A stretch of DNA of 64,000 nucleotides, taken from Takakia lepidozioides (lineage: Eukaryota > Plantae > Bryophyta). The DNA lies in contig CM060731.1 of NCBI GenBank assembly GCA_030704615.1, positions 11,842,001 through 11,906,000 on the forward strand, read 5' to 3'. This document shows, piece by piece, positions 62,990 to 64,000 of the stretch. A program made the position numbers and the translations under genes. Numbering within the stretch: the stretch's first letter is position 1; the number at the start of each line of letters is the position of its first letter. The notes under the pieces were generated by a model. The model ran no database searches and had not been told where the DNA came from. It saw only the letters and a program-made list of their open reading frames with translations.

Positions 62990-64000
62990 CTCCAACCGCT
63001 ATGACTCCTCACGGCCCGCCCTAGGCGCTTGTTGGCCACGGGCTGCCCCGTGATACCTCGTGGTACCACGCCCACGAGCCTTCACGGCCCGCCATCCCCA
63101 CGAAAGTTTCTGATCAAGGATTTGATTTTTCTGATAATAATGGACCCAGGAGACCACCCCCCTTGAACCATCCATTTTAAGGAAGGAGGCGACAAGGCAC
63201 TGGTTCTTGGGGTGGCAACTGCCAAATGATGTCTCACAATTCTGCTCCAAGGACTAGGCATATAAGTAAAAACTCGGGGAACCCACTTTGCTAACAGAGC
63301 CACGATCTGGGATTGAGGGTCCAAGATCCCCAGCCCACCGTGTTTCTTTTTTTGGCAGAGATGGGCCCAACTTACCAGGGTCCTCTTATTGGTAGAGGCA
63401 GTGGATGCGCCCTCTCTTTCAGTCACAGCCTACCACCTTCGATGAGGTTATCAAACAACTAGTGTTTGGGAACTACAACCGTGATTCTGAAAGCTTGGTC
63501 CGCTGCGATAAAAAATGGTCATTTTGGGAAGTGGCTGGTCTGTCCCACATGTTGCATTTTTGGACCAGAATGCTGGGGCAGCCATTTCCACTGACTCAAC
63601 AGCAGTTGGTTTCTCTCGAAGGCGTGTGGCAGCCAATTGGGACTTGATCATGGGAAACCTTCCCACTTCTTGGACATATCTTCTTTCCAGTCATAGTCCC
63701 AGATGCTTCCCCGTATGGTTGGGCTTCTCGTCGGGCACGGAGCTCAAAGCATTTCATGCTTCCTCCACAGATGATGAAAACATTCTGGGTATTTCATTCA
63801 ATGTGAGAAGTAATGGTGTTCTTCATAGCCCCCAACCTGGTGTGATTCTTGCCAGCACCCACTGTTATGAGATCAGAGTCTGCTGCTCTATCACTGGTAA
63901 ATCAAACCCTTATCCTCCTCTGGAAATTTCAACCATTGCTGCAACTCTTTTTTTTGGTTCCTCTCAGCTTCAGTGAGCTTGCTGCAGTACGACCCTGGTG
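62990..64000. mobile_element. Rearranged L1-type LINE ORF2 fragments
   Basis: Minus strand VSWAHLC.KKKHGGLGI..ALLAKW and KIKSLIRNF; plus-strand continuation from about 63405; adjacent poly-T at 62923-62961. Confidence 0.6.

Overview
Plant-type, transposon-saturated eukaryotic window with one 500-N gap (52133-52632) and no intact host gene. (1) A Ty3/Gypsy family encodes Gag, zinc knuckles, protease, a DNMT3-like C5-cytosine methyltransferase, RT, RNase H, integrase and a C-terminal PHD finger. One + copy spans 1839-58823 and sits, with a 4-bp TGTC target-site duplication, inside the RT of a - copy (62080-58824 and 1838-1). Its ends are permuted: A ... PPT-B-GC-A-T-B, with a palindromic GACAGCTGTC B/A junction and a self-complementary (Tf1-like) PBS. 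This fits integration from a 2-LTR circle cut inside the LTR (inference). (2) About 46 kb of insertions at 8623-54604 are mostly large Mutator-like DNA transposons with a GCM-like/DDE/SWIM transposase (one apparently intact). They carry an intron-rich accessory gene fusing a ParB/Srx-like domain to a beta-class N6A/N4C DNA-methyltransferase-like fold, plus palindromic repeats, a 116-bp hairpin satellite, an orphan paralog pair and FCP1/NIF-like domains. Host fragments (NDA-type NADH dehydrogenase, a kinase, RPL31) and L1 debris are also present. All domain calls are by motif recognition, not database search.
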